From Isurus oxyrinchus (lineage: Eukaryota), in the NCBI GenBank assembly GCA_026770705.1, contig JANJGN010000150.1, positions 868,001 through 932,000 of the forward strand: 64,000 nucleotides of DNA. The letters run 5' to 3'. This document shows positions 23,394-35,619 of the stretch, in pieces. The notes beneath the pieces were generated by a model. It did no database searches, was not told the origin of the DNA, and saw nothing but the letters and a program-made list of their open reading frames with translations. Position numbers and translations under genes: made by a program. Every line of letters begins with the position of its first letter. Positions within the stretch are counted from its first letter, which is position 1.

Positions 23394-24524
23394 GCGTGAA
23401 AAAGGGAGAGGGGGTCAGGAGGTTTGTGGATGGTGGCAGGGATGAAGATTCTTGGGAACATGAGACAACCCACTGGGGGAGAGGGGGAGAGAGGGAGGAA
23501 GGGACTGAATGGGTCTGTGGTTGGTGTGGTTTGGAATGAAATGTTTCCCCAGTGACGACTTGATGCTGAGTCATTGGGGACAGAGATTCAGTGNNNNNNN
23601 NNNNNNNNNNNNNNNNNNNNNNNNNNNNNNNNNNNNNNNNNNNNNNNNNNNNNNNNNNNNNNNNNNNNNNNNNNNNNNNNNNNNNNNNNNNNNNNNNNNN
23701 NNNNNNNNNNNNNNNNNNNNNNNNNNNNNNNNNNNNNNNNNNNNNNNNNNNNNNNNNNNNNNNNNNNNNNNNATTAACTGGCTTTGTGAAATCAGCTTTT
23801 TGTCACCTGTCCCTAATACCTCATTATGTGTCTCTGAGATGGATTTATATGTAGGTAACAATCCCCTGAAGAGATTTGGGACAGTTTGTTACATTAAGTG
23901 TGCCATATAAATGCAAGTTGTTGCAGGAAAGTTGATTTGCCTCGATTCAGAATGGTAATTCGGAGGGTCCATCGACAGGGCGTGTGTGCAACAGCCTCGC
24001 AATAAATGCATTGCACGGCAACAACTAAGCATGTCCTTTGATGCTGATGCATCCCAGTACTGCTGTGTGGACACATCACAACCGAGGGACTGCCTGACTG
24101 CGTGCAGCCAACATGGCCGAATAGTAATTAGCAGAAATGTGATGTCACTGAACTTTGTTGACATTTCAGAAAGTGCTTTCTGAATTCTGCGACTTGTTTA
24201 TTCTGTGATAGATTACAAGAAGCCTTTGCATTTTCTATAATATTACATTTATTGTCACAAGGGATTGAAATGCCCAGACACCACCACCTGGAAGTTCGCC
24301 TCCAAGACACACATCATCCTGATTTTGAAATATATCGCCGTCCCTTCACTGCCGCTGGGTCAAAATCTTGGACTTCCTTCTCTAACTGCATTGTGGGTGT
24401 ACCTACACCACATGGACTGCAGAGGGTCCGGAAGGCAGCTCACCACCACCTTCTCAAGGTAATTAAGGATGGGCCATAAATGCTGGCCTAGCCAGTGATG
24501 CCCACTTCCCATGGAAGAATGAAT

Positions 24525-25150
24525 ATATAAAATATAAAGTTGGAACAAATGAATGAAGTTATAGCACAAATAGAGATTAATGGGTACGATAAGATGGACA
24601 CTGCAGAGAGTTGGTTGCAAAGTGACCAAGGTTGGAAATTGAAAATTGAAGGATATTTGGAATCTTTGAAAGGATAGGAAAAATGAAAAGGAGGTGGGGT
24701 AGCTCTCTTAATAAAAGATGAGACCTGTAAAGTAGTGAGAAATGATTTTGGCTCAGATGTCAAGATGCACAGTCAGTTTGGGTGAATATAAGGAATTGCA
24801 AGGGAAAGAAATCACTGGTGGGTTGGTTTATACTCTCCCCTGAATGTAGTTACACTGCAGGGGTAGATTATAAATCAATACATGAGGAGGTTTATGAGAA
24901 AGGCACCACATTAATCATGGGAGTTTTCAATCGTCATATGGATTAGCCAAATCAGATTAGCAAATGTAGCTTTCAGCGAGGTTATACAGATTGTATTCAG
25001 GACAGTATTTTTGAACAATCCAACATGGAACCAACCAGGGAAGAGGCTGTTTTAGTCCTGGCAATGTTTAATGAGACAAGACTAATTAACATCTCATTGT
25101 AAAGGACCCTCAAGGGAAGAGTAATCATACGGTGTTGAAATTTAATATTC
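24525..25150 (+). mobile_element. CR1 APE endonuclease fragment
   Basis: Degenerate MNEVIAQIEINGYD...AESWLQSDQGWKLKIEGY...GGGVALLIKDE and PTREEAVL. Confidence 0.8.
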
Positions 25151-25499
25151 AGTTTAGAAACTTGGTTCTTAAGCTAGTTTCTGTAGTGTGGAATCTCACC
25201 ATTCCCTCTTGCAGCTGCTGGCATTTGTGTTGTGCTAAATGGACTAGATCAATTGACAGACTTGCATTCTCCAGCCGGTGTAATGTTGGAGCTCCTTTGA
25301 AACTGCCAATGTTGTTGAAACTTTCTGCATATTTCAATGTTATGTCATGAACTGAGGTGAAAGGGTAGTACGTGAAAGTGGGACAAAAATAAATCCATTG
25401 GCTTTTGACCAGACCAGACAATCCTGGCAGTGGGTGGGGCCAGAAAATCCAACCCCTATGGGAGATTTTCAGTTTATTTGATGTGCCCAGAGAGATCAA

Positions 25500-28400
25500 T
25501 AAAGACAACAATCCATTATTTATTGGCAAGCCACGTCAGGATATGTGTGAGAGGTGGAATATCGATCACCGCTCCTAGTCTCGTCGTGTACATCATCGCC
25601 ATTTCCTGGTTTGTCAGTCACCACATGTCTAAGTTCCTGATGGGATACCGGATGGTCATTCTTATTGCTTGAAGGTTCCCCGTTGTGTAGGGTCTGTTTG
25701 GATCAGCCCACGGCTCTTTGTAGCTGCATCAGCCTTTGCTCTAGTGCCCTGCCGCTGTCAATGGCCCTTTCTGCCAAAAGCCTTGCAGGATTGGTGGAAA
25801 GCTGGGCATTTCCTTGGTGCCTGCAGAAGGCCACACCTTCCACACGTCTCACTAGGTTTGGATGTTCTAGTGAGTGTGTCAACAATTGATGTTGTACTGA
25901 GGACCTGTAAGCTACGTTGACCTGCGAGGATCACTTCGTAATTATGTCCATCCTTGAGTAGCTCTTCAATGCTATAGGTTTTGGTCTTATCTAGCAGATC
26001 TTTCTGGAAGGCCTCCATGGGAGTGGATGCGATCGCCAACTCAACAACTGTGTCTGCAGGCTCTGTGTTTGAAATCACAGTGCGTACCCTTTTCTCTACA
26101 TCGGCTGATGAAGTGGTCTATGGATTGTGTAGGCTGATGAAATGACATAAACTCTAGTTGATGAATATGGAGTATAACCTGATTCTGACCCTGTCTTCCA
26201 ATATCGTCCATATCTATTGGGGATCCTTTCGCTCTTCTGCTGTTAATGCTGATGTGTTCAGCCTGTGTAGACCTTCATTCCCAATCGCGAGGTGAATTTT
26301 TATGGCTTGTTCGTCTGGTTCAGTCACACCTGAATCAGGAAACCAGAGCTCTGTACGCTGTTTAAACATTCTGAATTCAGATAGTCGGTCAGCTCCATCC
26401 CAGTTCAAACTGGGGAATTTCGTGGAGATTCTGAAAATATTCCTTTGACCTTCCTTATCCTACAGGATCTGGGATGAGTGTCGCTTTAGCCCCTTTTGTG
26501 TGCTTTTCTGAAGCTCCGCCCACGAAGACGGGTTGTGGCAGGAACACACCACGGAGTAATGGAGTCTTTGTTTTTTATTCAATTTGCTGTTCAGCAATCT
26601 CGAAGCCGCCCGTTATAATCACTAACTTCTCTGGGCTGATTTTTATAATGGTTTTTGTGTGTTTGACTCTCCCTCGCTCACTATCGATCCAGCCCACACC
26701 CTGGTCACTCGCCTTCCCTGACTGAGCTAACCCGCTGCTGGTCCTGGCGATACACACTGTCCCACTCACTGACCTACAGGCTGTGTGCTGTAATCTCACC
26801 ACGAGGGATCCGTCTGCTCCCCAGCTCTTTACTTGAGCTCTTTCCCGTCACTGTGTCTTCAAAGGTTTCCTGAGCAGTCAGTACACTGCGATTTCAACCC
26901 TCTCTGATGCTGTGTCTCTGTTGTGGTCTGACCAAAGCGTCGAGGGTCATCTCATGTCATGTAGCTCGATCTAAGGCTGTTCACCACGTCATACCTGTAC
27001 TGAATCTTGCTGCCAGAATGTTTGGCCACCGCTGATCACCATGTTGTGTTTTTATAATGATATAAAGGCACCAGCCACTGATACGGAATTGGGTAAATAC
27101 ATTGTGGGTTCAGTTATTTAGAACAGGGACATGAGAACAGATATACAAGGATAGAAAGCTGGGAGACACCTGCGGCCAAACTGTGTGAGCTGTGTTCTGC
27201 TCACAGGCCAAAGTGAGACTTGGACTGGATGGTGTTATCATCCCAGCTGATGTTACTACTGGGCAAGTCAGATCCCAGGGTGGAACTCAGCTTGATAGGT
27301 CCTAACTTTTATTTTTTATTTAGGAATGTGGAGTGCAGCTACTGAACAGAGTCACAGGAGTCATCTGATGAACTTCTAACTAAAGAATAAAACATTTATT
27401 AAACTAGGAAAGACAAACTATATTACATTACTCCTTCACCCAGACCTATACCTTTGCAGATTCATAAGTAGAACACATGTTACAATAGCTATCTTATACT
27501 CTCATGTTCACAATAAGTGCACAGTCGATGTAAACCAATAGACGACCTGTGGTCAGGGACACCACATTCAGAAAGAAACTGACAGAACCCACTTGAAACA
27601 AATGCTATGTCTCCCTCCTCATCTGACCCTAGACGTTTGTTACACTGTGGGACCACCAGTCTCACTGAACTGAGATATCCATATGAGGGTTTCCAATCTC
27701 CACTCTCCAAGAACTCGCTTTGGAATCTTCTCCAACATGACACTTTCACTCAGACACCTTCCACAAGGGTCCACTTTCACTATTTCAAACTCTCCTTCCC
27801 ATGTTCCTGCCCCCTGGATCGCCACGTGCATTCAGCCTTCCTTCCACGCCCTGTCTCTCCAATGCTCAGCCGTGTCAATGGAACACCATGGCTTCACATG
27901 GCCGTAGTAATGAGTCACCAACCTGTGGTGTCTCCTAGGATCTTCTGGCTTCTCACAAGCCTATTTTGCTTTAGGTCTGTGTCCTGCTGCTTTCTCCCTT
28001 TATGCTTGAAGCCCTCTTCTGCTCCTCACTCTTAACTTCACTTAACAGGGCCTTTCCCAGATTTGACTAGAAGGTTTTCTTGGGCCCTTTCTCCTGTCAA
28101 ACTCTATAGTTTTGGCTTCATCTTTACTTTGGGACTGACTATCTGTCCCGCTCCTTTGCTGCTTCTCCTGGCAACTCCTTTCAACAGAACTGAAAGTACT
28201 TTTCTGTTTTTCTCGGTCTCTGTGGGTCTTTCCCTCTGGATCACTGTTGCTAGGCAACAGCACAGTTTATTCTACCTTGTGTTTGTTTTGACTTCCCTTC
28301 AAGAGTCATAAAAACTCATTAGATAGGTGGCTTCTTCCAAAGTGAAACCAAAACTCAAGTTCCCCCTTTTCAAAACACCCAAATACAGAAAGACAAACTA

Positions 28401-28546
28401 AACTTGAATTGAAAGATATACCTTATACCTAACGCACACAAATACACAGAGAGCTTCCTTAAGCCAACCCCAGTTCCGAAAAATCACATGACACACTTCC
28501 CCTCGAGTGATGTCATGCTGCTGTCCCTGAAAGGCATATTACAACA
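25500..28546 (-). mobile_element. Gypsy-type LTR element 5' half (LTR, PBS, gag with zinc knuckle), with a second LTR nested at about 27233-28488
   Basis: LTR TGTTGT...ACAACA at 27042-28546, PBS TGGTGATCAGCGG immediately inside. gag peptides NWDGADRLSEFRMFKQRTELWF and CGRCG...CPAFHQSCKAFGRKGH. Confidence 0.75.
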
Positions 28547-28547
28547 G

Positions 28548-28960
28548 TGTTATCACTTGGCAGGTGATGTGTGCCAGGCAGACCAAGTCCATGAGAGAAA
28601 GGTGGTCACACGATCATAATGATTCTTGATTTTTTTATTTATTATGAGATGTGTGCACTGAATTCAGAAGCAATAAGTCCACCAAGATCTTTAGAGATTT
28701 AAAAAAATAAATTAAAATATTTATCATCAAAATAAAAGATTTTAAGCACAGACGTAAGACTACAATGACTGCTATAATAACTCCTAAAATTCCTAATTAA
28801 CCTGACTCCCAGTTACACTCCCTTTAAGGCAACAGACCAAAAATAGATGTTAGATTTGAAACAAACTCAGCAAGTTAACACAATGCCCTGGACAATGGAA
28901 TTCCAAATGGATTTTCCCCAACTTCAGTTCTGTTGGATAGCAGGCTTGTGCACAAACAGG
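28548..28960. mobile_element. Truncated LTR-like repeat
   Basis: Similar to the first half of the element at 54422-55317 (GGCAG(G/A)TGATGTGTG...GTGCACTGAATTCAG...CCTAATTAACCTGACTCCCAGTTACA). Confidence 0.6.
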
Positions 28961-29172
28961 GTCCTGAGGACCATGAGCCAATGTAGAATGAACTTGTCCA
29001 CTCCTGTTTCCAGGATTCACTTCCATCTATTGTGATACCTTGGGGAGTTCATTGTGTGTCCTGTAGATGGTCCACACTGCAGCCACTGTGCCCCAGTGAA
29101 GGAGGGGGTGGATATCGAGTCTAGTGGATTGACAAAACACACAGAGTAAAATATTGATATTTCTCTCCCCAG

Positions 29173-29559
29173 TTGGACTGTCACAAGAGTGGAAAGGCAA
29201 CACTCCACGAGAGGTGACAGCGCAGGAAGGTTCGTGTGTACAGATTCCATGTAATTACAGTTATCCAGCACGTTTAGTAGGGAAAGCACGTGTCGGAATC
29301 TGGTATGTGATATGGTACACATGGAATACATGGAATACAAGGTCTAGAGGGATCATAGCATTTCACTCCAAGGATCACAATCGCGAGTTAACACGGTTAC
29401 ACCATCGGACCCGGCTGTCTGGAGACCTGAAAGATGGCGAATGTTCCCTGATTATAAACAACATCAGACGGGAAGATGCAGGATATTATTATTTCAGAAT
29501 AGAATTTGACGGCAACAATAGTTACAGCTACTATCCTGAAACCCAGCTTCATGTTTCTG
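29173..29559 (+). CDS. Siglec-like V-set exon (V-a) with essential Arg
   Basis: ccccag|TT GGA ... TCT G|gtaagt, 387 nt, phase 1-1. AQEGSCVQIPC, RTRLSGDLKDGECSLIINNIRREDAGYYYFRIE. Confidence 0.9.
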
Positions 29560-29789
29560 GTAAGTGCTGTGTTATAATTACTCAACAATTCACATCCAAC
29601 ACTCAACGGGAAATAATAGTGTTTGATTTGCTTGTTTTTTGGCCGTGTTAACCAGCGTCACTATTTTTAATGATTTGTCTATTTCTGCTCCCAGATCCAT
29701 GAGCTTATTGTGTGTGATTGAATCCACATCATAGCTGTAACGTAAACCGAGCTGAGGGGTGATGACACCTCCCCCCTGAGTGAAGTGTC

Positions 29790-31810
29790 TCCTCCCCACT
29801 ACACCTTCCACCCCTCACACTGTCCGTGTAAACCCCCGTCCCATCTCCAGCCTCTCTTTCCCCTCCAAAGTCCTTGAACGCGTTTCCATCTCCCGAATCC
29901 GTTCCCATCTTTCCCGGAACTCCATGTTTGAATCCCTCCAATGAGGTTCCCACCCCAGCCACTGTGCTGAAACAGCTCTTATCAAAGTCACAAATGGCAT
30001 CCTGTGTGACTGTGACAAAGGTCAACTTTCCCTCCTCGTCCTTCTCGATCTGTCTGCAGCCTTTGAAACGCTCGACCACACCATCCTCCTCCAACACCTG
30101 TCCACTGTCGTCCAGCTGGGTGGGACTGCTCTCCCCTGGCTCCATTCTTATCCAACTCATCGTAGCCAGAGAATCACTTGCAATGGCTTTGCAGCATCAT
30201 CTGAACAGTGTTAGTTTTCACCTGTCCACTGAGGATCCCCAGCTCTACCTCACCACCACCTCTCTCGACTCCTCCACTGCTGCTAAATTATCAGGCTGCT
30301 TATCCGACATCCAGTACTGGATGGGCAGAAATTCCCTCCAATTAAATATTGGAAAGACTGAAGCCATTATCTTCATTCCCCGCTCCAAACTCTGTTCCCT
30401 CGCTACCAACTCCATTCCTCTCCCTGACAGCTCTCTGAGATTGAAGCCAATCTGTTCACAGCTTTGTTGTCCCATTTGATCCTGAGATGAGCTTCCGGCC
30501 TCATATCTGCGCCCTCACTAACACCGTCTATTTCCACCTCCGTAACATCGTACGACTTCACCCTGTCTCAGCTCATCTGCTGCTGAAACCCTCATCCACA
30601 CCTTCATTACCTCCAGACTCGACTGTTCCAACACACGCTCTACACTCCATAAACTTGAGGCCATCCAAAACTGCTGACCCCGTCCTTACTCACACCAAGT
30701 CCCATTCCCTTATCACCCGCTCTGCTCGATGACCGAGAGTGGCTCCTGGTCAAGCAAAGTCTCAATGTCCAAATTTTCATCTTTGTTTCCTCACTATCCC
30801 TGTAATCTCCTCGTCCTCCTCCAGTACCTACAACCCTCCCTATCTCTGTAACCTCCTCCAGCCCCTACAACACTCCCAATCTCTGTAAATTATTTCAGTC
30901 CCTATAACCACCACTACCTCATAAACCTCTTCCAGCTCCAACAACGGTCCATTTCTCTGTAACCTTCACCAACCGCTGCAACAACCCCTATCTCTGTAAC
31001 ATCCTCCAGTCCCTACAGCACTCTCTATCTCTGTAACCTCCTCCAGTCCCTACAGCACTCTCTATCTCTGTAACCTCATCCAGTCCCTATAACCCCATCC
31101 TGTACCTACAAACCCCCTATCTCCATAACATTTCCCATTCCCGTCCAGCCTCTCTATCTCTGTAACTATCTTTTGCCCCTAAAGACTCCCTTTTACTATA
31201 AATTTCTCCAGTCCCTCCAAACCCCCTGTCTCTGTAACCTACTCAGGCCCCTAAAGCCTGCCTTACCCTGTAACCTCCACCAGTCCCTACACTGCCCCCC
31301 CTTTCACTGTAAGCTCCTCCAGCCCCTACAACCTTCCGTATCTCTGTAAACCCATCCTGCCCCTACAACCCTCCCTATCTCTGTAACCACCTGCATACTG
31401 TACAACCCTCCCTAGCTCTGTAACCTCCTCCAGCCTCTCCAAATTTTCCTAATTTGTAGCCTCTCTGCAGCCTCTGTACAAACTACAGCACCTACAACCC
31501 CCCGAGATCACTGCGCTCCTCCTATTCCAGACTCTTGACCATCACCGGATGCTATCGCTCCAAAATTACCGGCCGTGCCTTCAGTTCCCTGGGAACCTAA
31601 GCTCTGGAATTCCCACCCGAAACCGCTCCCTCTCTCTCTCTCTCTCTCTCTGTCTCTTTCTCTCTGTCTCTCCATAACACCGACATCTTCTGGCCAGCTG
31701 TCGCTAATATCTCCACATGTGTCTGGGTGACATACTTTGTTTTATGACGCTCCTGTGTAGCACCTTGGGGTGATTTGTCATGTTAAAGTTGTTGTGTAAA
31801 TATAAGTTGT
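29790..31810 (+). mobile_element. L2 LINE fragment (RT remnant, internal 37-bp array, 3' end)
   Basis: Frameshifted SKVLER / ETALIKVTNGILCDCDKG / VLLDLSAAFET.DHTILLQ motifs, and LQLNIGKTEAI. Confidence 0.85.
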
Positions 31811-32351
31811 TGCCCTTTGACCCTTGACCCCAGCTTGAGTCTTATTTTTGAGGGAATGTACAACCTCCTTAGATTTCTGACCAAAATGTCATTTGATTAT
31901 TTTTATTGAGCCAATGCCAAGCCCCGATACCGAGCGAGAGCCTCCTCATTTGCTGAGTTTAGGGTGATGAGTCAGCCCCTTAGTCCATAGAGGGGATTCT
32001 CCTCGGTAATGCGCAGCCTTGTTTGTGTCTCTCCACAAGCGCATGAGGGGTTTGTACAGAGGCTGCAGCGCTGGAGGAGGTCTGCACAGGGATCCTGGCC
32101 TGTCCTGAGCCGGTTTTAGCAAGGACCACTCTGGCCTTGGCAGCTGAAAGCCAGCCATTGGACAGATGGGGCCTGTCACAAGGAGCCTGTTAGTCACTCC
32201 CCCCTGTGTCTCCTGTGCTCGGATCCAGACCATGTTGGCTGATGGATCTGGCTCAGGAAGGGTCCTCCCCATGGGACCCCCAGATGGAAGGTGGGTCGAG
32301 CGGGTCAGTCACTTGCATGTTTATTCTGCAGCTTTAATATATTTAGAAGGT

Positions 32352-33130
32352 AAGAATGTAGGAACATAAGAAATAGGGACAGGAGCAGGCCATTCGGCCC
32401 CTCAAGCCTGCTCTCACTGATCTGGTTGTGGCCTTAACTCCATTCTCCTGCCTGTCCCCCAAACCCTTGACTCCCTTGTCGATCAAAAACCTGCCTCACT
32501 CAGCCTTGAGTCTATTCAATGGCCCAGCCTCCACTGCTCTCTGGGGAAGAGAATTCCACAGGCTAGCGCCCCTCTGAGAGAGGAAATTCCTCCTCATCTC
32601 AGTCTTAAATGGGGGAGCCCTCATTCCGAAACTGTGCTCCCTGGTTCTAGATTCCCCCACAAGGGGGAAACATCCTCCCAGCATCCACCCTGTCAAGCCC
32701 CCTCGGAATCGGATATGTTTCAATAAGCTCACCCCTCATTCTTCTAAACTCCAATGGATACAGGCCCAACGTGCTCAACATTTCCTCACAGGACAAACCC
32801 TTTAATCCCAGGAATCAGCCCAGTGAACCTCCTCTGAACTGCCTCCAATGCAGAGTCTATCCCTCCCTAAGTAAGGAGAACAGAACTGTACACACTGCTC
32901 CTGATACAATCTCAACATGTGCAGCTGTTGCAAGACTTCCCTCCTTTTATACTCCATCCCTTTGCAATATAGGCCAACATTCCACTTGCCTTCCTCATTC
33001 CGTGGTGTTCCTGAATGCTGACTTTCTGTGATTCATGTACAAGGACACCCAGATCCCTCTGTACCGCATTCTGCAGCCTCTCTCCATTTAAATAATATTC
33101 TGTTTTTCTATTCTTCCTGCCAAAATAATT
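32352..33130 (-). mobile_element. CR1 LINE 3' end
   Basis: FKTEMRRNFLSQRGASLWNSLPQRAVEA plus the CR1 3' UTR. Very similar to 9705-10170. Confidence 0.9.
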
Positions 33131-33244
33131 TGTTGCCATTCTCCTCAGTATTGACCATCCCCCCAATTCAGCCTTATCTGTAAATATCGGGTTCAGTGGA
33201 TCCACAAACCATTCAGAGATAAATATTGAGATTTCTCTCCCCAG

Positions 33245-33610
33245 CTGGACTGTCACAAGAGTGGAAAGGTGACACTCCACGAGAGGTGACAGCGCAGGAA
33301 GGTTCCTGTGTACAGATTCCATGTCACTACAGTTATCCATCGTGTCTGGAAAACCAACCGCGAGGTGGAGTCTGGTTTAATAATGAGGAACGGGGAACAT
33401 CGTCTGTAGCCTTTCACTCCAAGGATCACAGTCACGAGTTACCACGGTTCCACCATCGGACCCGGCTGTCTGGAGACCTGAAAGATGGTGACTGTTCCCT
33501 GATTATAAACAACATCACACGGGAAGATGCAGGACCTTATTTTTTCAGAATAGAATTTGACAATGGTCCGAGACATAACTATTACCCTGTAACCCAGCTT
33601 CACGTTTCTG
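33245..33610 (+). CDS. Siglec-like V-set exon (V-b) with essential Arg
   Basis: ccccag|CT GGA ... TCT G|gtaagt, 366 nt, phase 1-1. AQEGSCVQIPC, GDCSLIINNITREDAGPYFFRIE. Confidence 0.92.
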
Positions 33611-34338
33611 GTAAGTGCTGTGTTATAATTACTCAACAATTCACATTCAACACTCAATGGGAAATAACACAAACTGTGACGTTTACGTATTAACACAAAA
33701 CACAGCTTATTATAACACACTGTCTGATTCTCAATAACCTGGTGATCGCTTCCAATTCACTCCTAAAGCAACCTCTAATACTCACTTTAATATCAATGAT
33801 TAAATGTATTGACTGTGTCCATCAATGTTATCAGGTTATCCACTCCTATCGATCTCTCTAATCCTGTCTCGAAGTCTGACTTAGCGACAGAAGAAAGATT
33901 CACATTTCTGTAGCACCTTTCACCACCTCAGCATGGACCAAATCACTTCACAGCCAATGAGCTGATTCCTGAATTGTAGTTACTATTGTAATGTGGGAAA
34001 CACAGCAACCAATTTGCACACAGCAAGCTCCCACAAATTGCAAAGTAACAAATGGCCCAGATCGCTGAGTGAATGATGAGGTAGTGCACTCCAAACTCTG
34101 GTCTGCTCCACCACCCTCACCCACTATTATCAGTTCAAGTGTCTCGGAGTGAACGTGTATTAAGCTGAGAGACAGAAACACCAAAGTCTCAAAGCAGGAA
34201 ATTCTCTCCTAATCATTGTAACCTCTCAGATCTGATATCATCCTTGTAAAAGTGCTTTTTCTTGTGGGACTGTGATTTCTATTTGAACTGATGCTTCATG
34301 TTATATTTCTCTAAAAGGATCCATTCTCTGTCTGTTAG

Positions 34339-34635
34339 ATTTCACAGATAAACCCACGATATTCCCTGCTGAAATTATTGCAGGAAAGCGTGTGGATGTA
34401 AGCTGCACCTTCAACACAACGTGCAATGGAACAGCAGCACCTGTCTTAACCTGGGACACTCCCACTGACGTACCTGGATCAGTCTCAAACACTGTAACTC
34501 AGCATGGTGTCACTCTGACCTATACTTCTGTTCTGACCCTGATCCCATCACTCAAACACCACAGACACAATCTCAGCTGCAGAGTGAGATATCCATCTTT
34601 TTCATCGGAGCGGACCCTCGTACTAACTATGCAAG
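34339..34635 (+). CDS. Siglec domain-2 C2-set exon
   Basis: ctgttag|AT TTC ... CAA G|gtaagt, 297 nt. DFTDKPTIFPAEIIAGKRVDVSCTFNTTC...PVLTW...SVLTLIPSLKHHRHNLSCRV. The extra Cys matches the Siglec V-C2 interdomain disulfide. Confidence 0.92.
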
Positions 34636-35479
34636 GTAAGTACGGACACCCTTCATTCTACATCAGCACTCCCTCAGCGCTGACCCTCTGACAGTGCAGC
34701 CCGTTCTCAGTGTTCACATTCTCATGCCTCTCAAAGTGCTTCACTGTCGATAGAAGTTAACTGATCTTTATTTGATTGTTGCTGAATGAAGAGACAAGCT
34801 GTCTAAACTTTACATCTCACACACATTATTTTCCATGGCAACACCTCCTCCAAGTTCTCAGCTTTCCAGTGCCCATTTTTCACATGATGTCCATGTTCAT
34901 AATGGGGATTGCCTATGTAAACATCACGCTGTAGTTACACTCTCCCACCAGTGGTAGCACGGTAACACTTAACCCTTGCATCTCCAAGCTTTTCAAGCAA
35001 TTTCACTTCCTAATTTCCTACTATTCACCTCAACCATTCCCTGTGGGAGCGAGTTCCATATTCTCCCCTCTCTCTGGGTAAAGATTGGAACTGTTTATTA
35101 AGCGGGGGGTGTATGTCCGTGGGGGAGTCCATCCCGATCCTGCCCGATTCACACACACGGCTGAGATGGATTTTCACCCGGCACTAAACGTTTCCAGAAT
35201 TTTCTACAGCACAATCCTGTACACAGCGATGGAGAGAAACATTGGACAGAGAGTCCAACAGCACAATGATCCATTCTCACCAATGTTCCACGCTAAGGAG
35301 AAAGTTCCGATTGTCCACTCTTAGAGTGTTTACAATGAAAACATTCATTCCACATTGAATCCCAGTGGATGGGTCAATATTACAGCAAATGTTGCAGTGA
35401 TATGAAGCTTGATTGTTCAGCCAGAGTGAGAGATTGAAAGCGGAGAGTCAGTGATGATTTCTTTCTGTGTGTTCTCTAG

Positions 35480-35619
35480 ACAGTGGAGGAGAGATTCTGC
35501 ACGTGATCCTGATCCTGGGAATACGAGCTATGATATTCCTTGTGGCTGTGGTTATCACTATCACTGGAGTCTGTGTCTGGGAGAGACAAACAGTGAAAGG
35601 AAGTCGACAGACTGTTTGA
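35480..35619 (+). CDS. Terminal TM exon with intramembrane Arg and short Tyr-free tail (activating-type Siglec-like receptor)
   Basis: ttctctag|AC AGT..., in frame with the C2 exon: DSGGEILHVILILGIRAMIFLVAVVITITGVCVWERQTVKGSRQTV*. Arg codon at 35524-35526. AATAAA near 35687 and 36003. Confidence 0.85.

Noticed and set aside
29173-33720. V exons as rearranging Ig/TCR/NAR segments
   Set aside because: Each exon includes the G strand and ends in a splice donor. There is no heptamer-nonamer RSS at the exon end, and the cysteine pattern and FR motif are Siglec-type.
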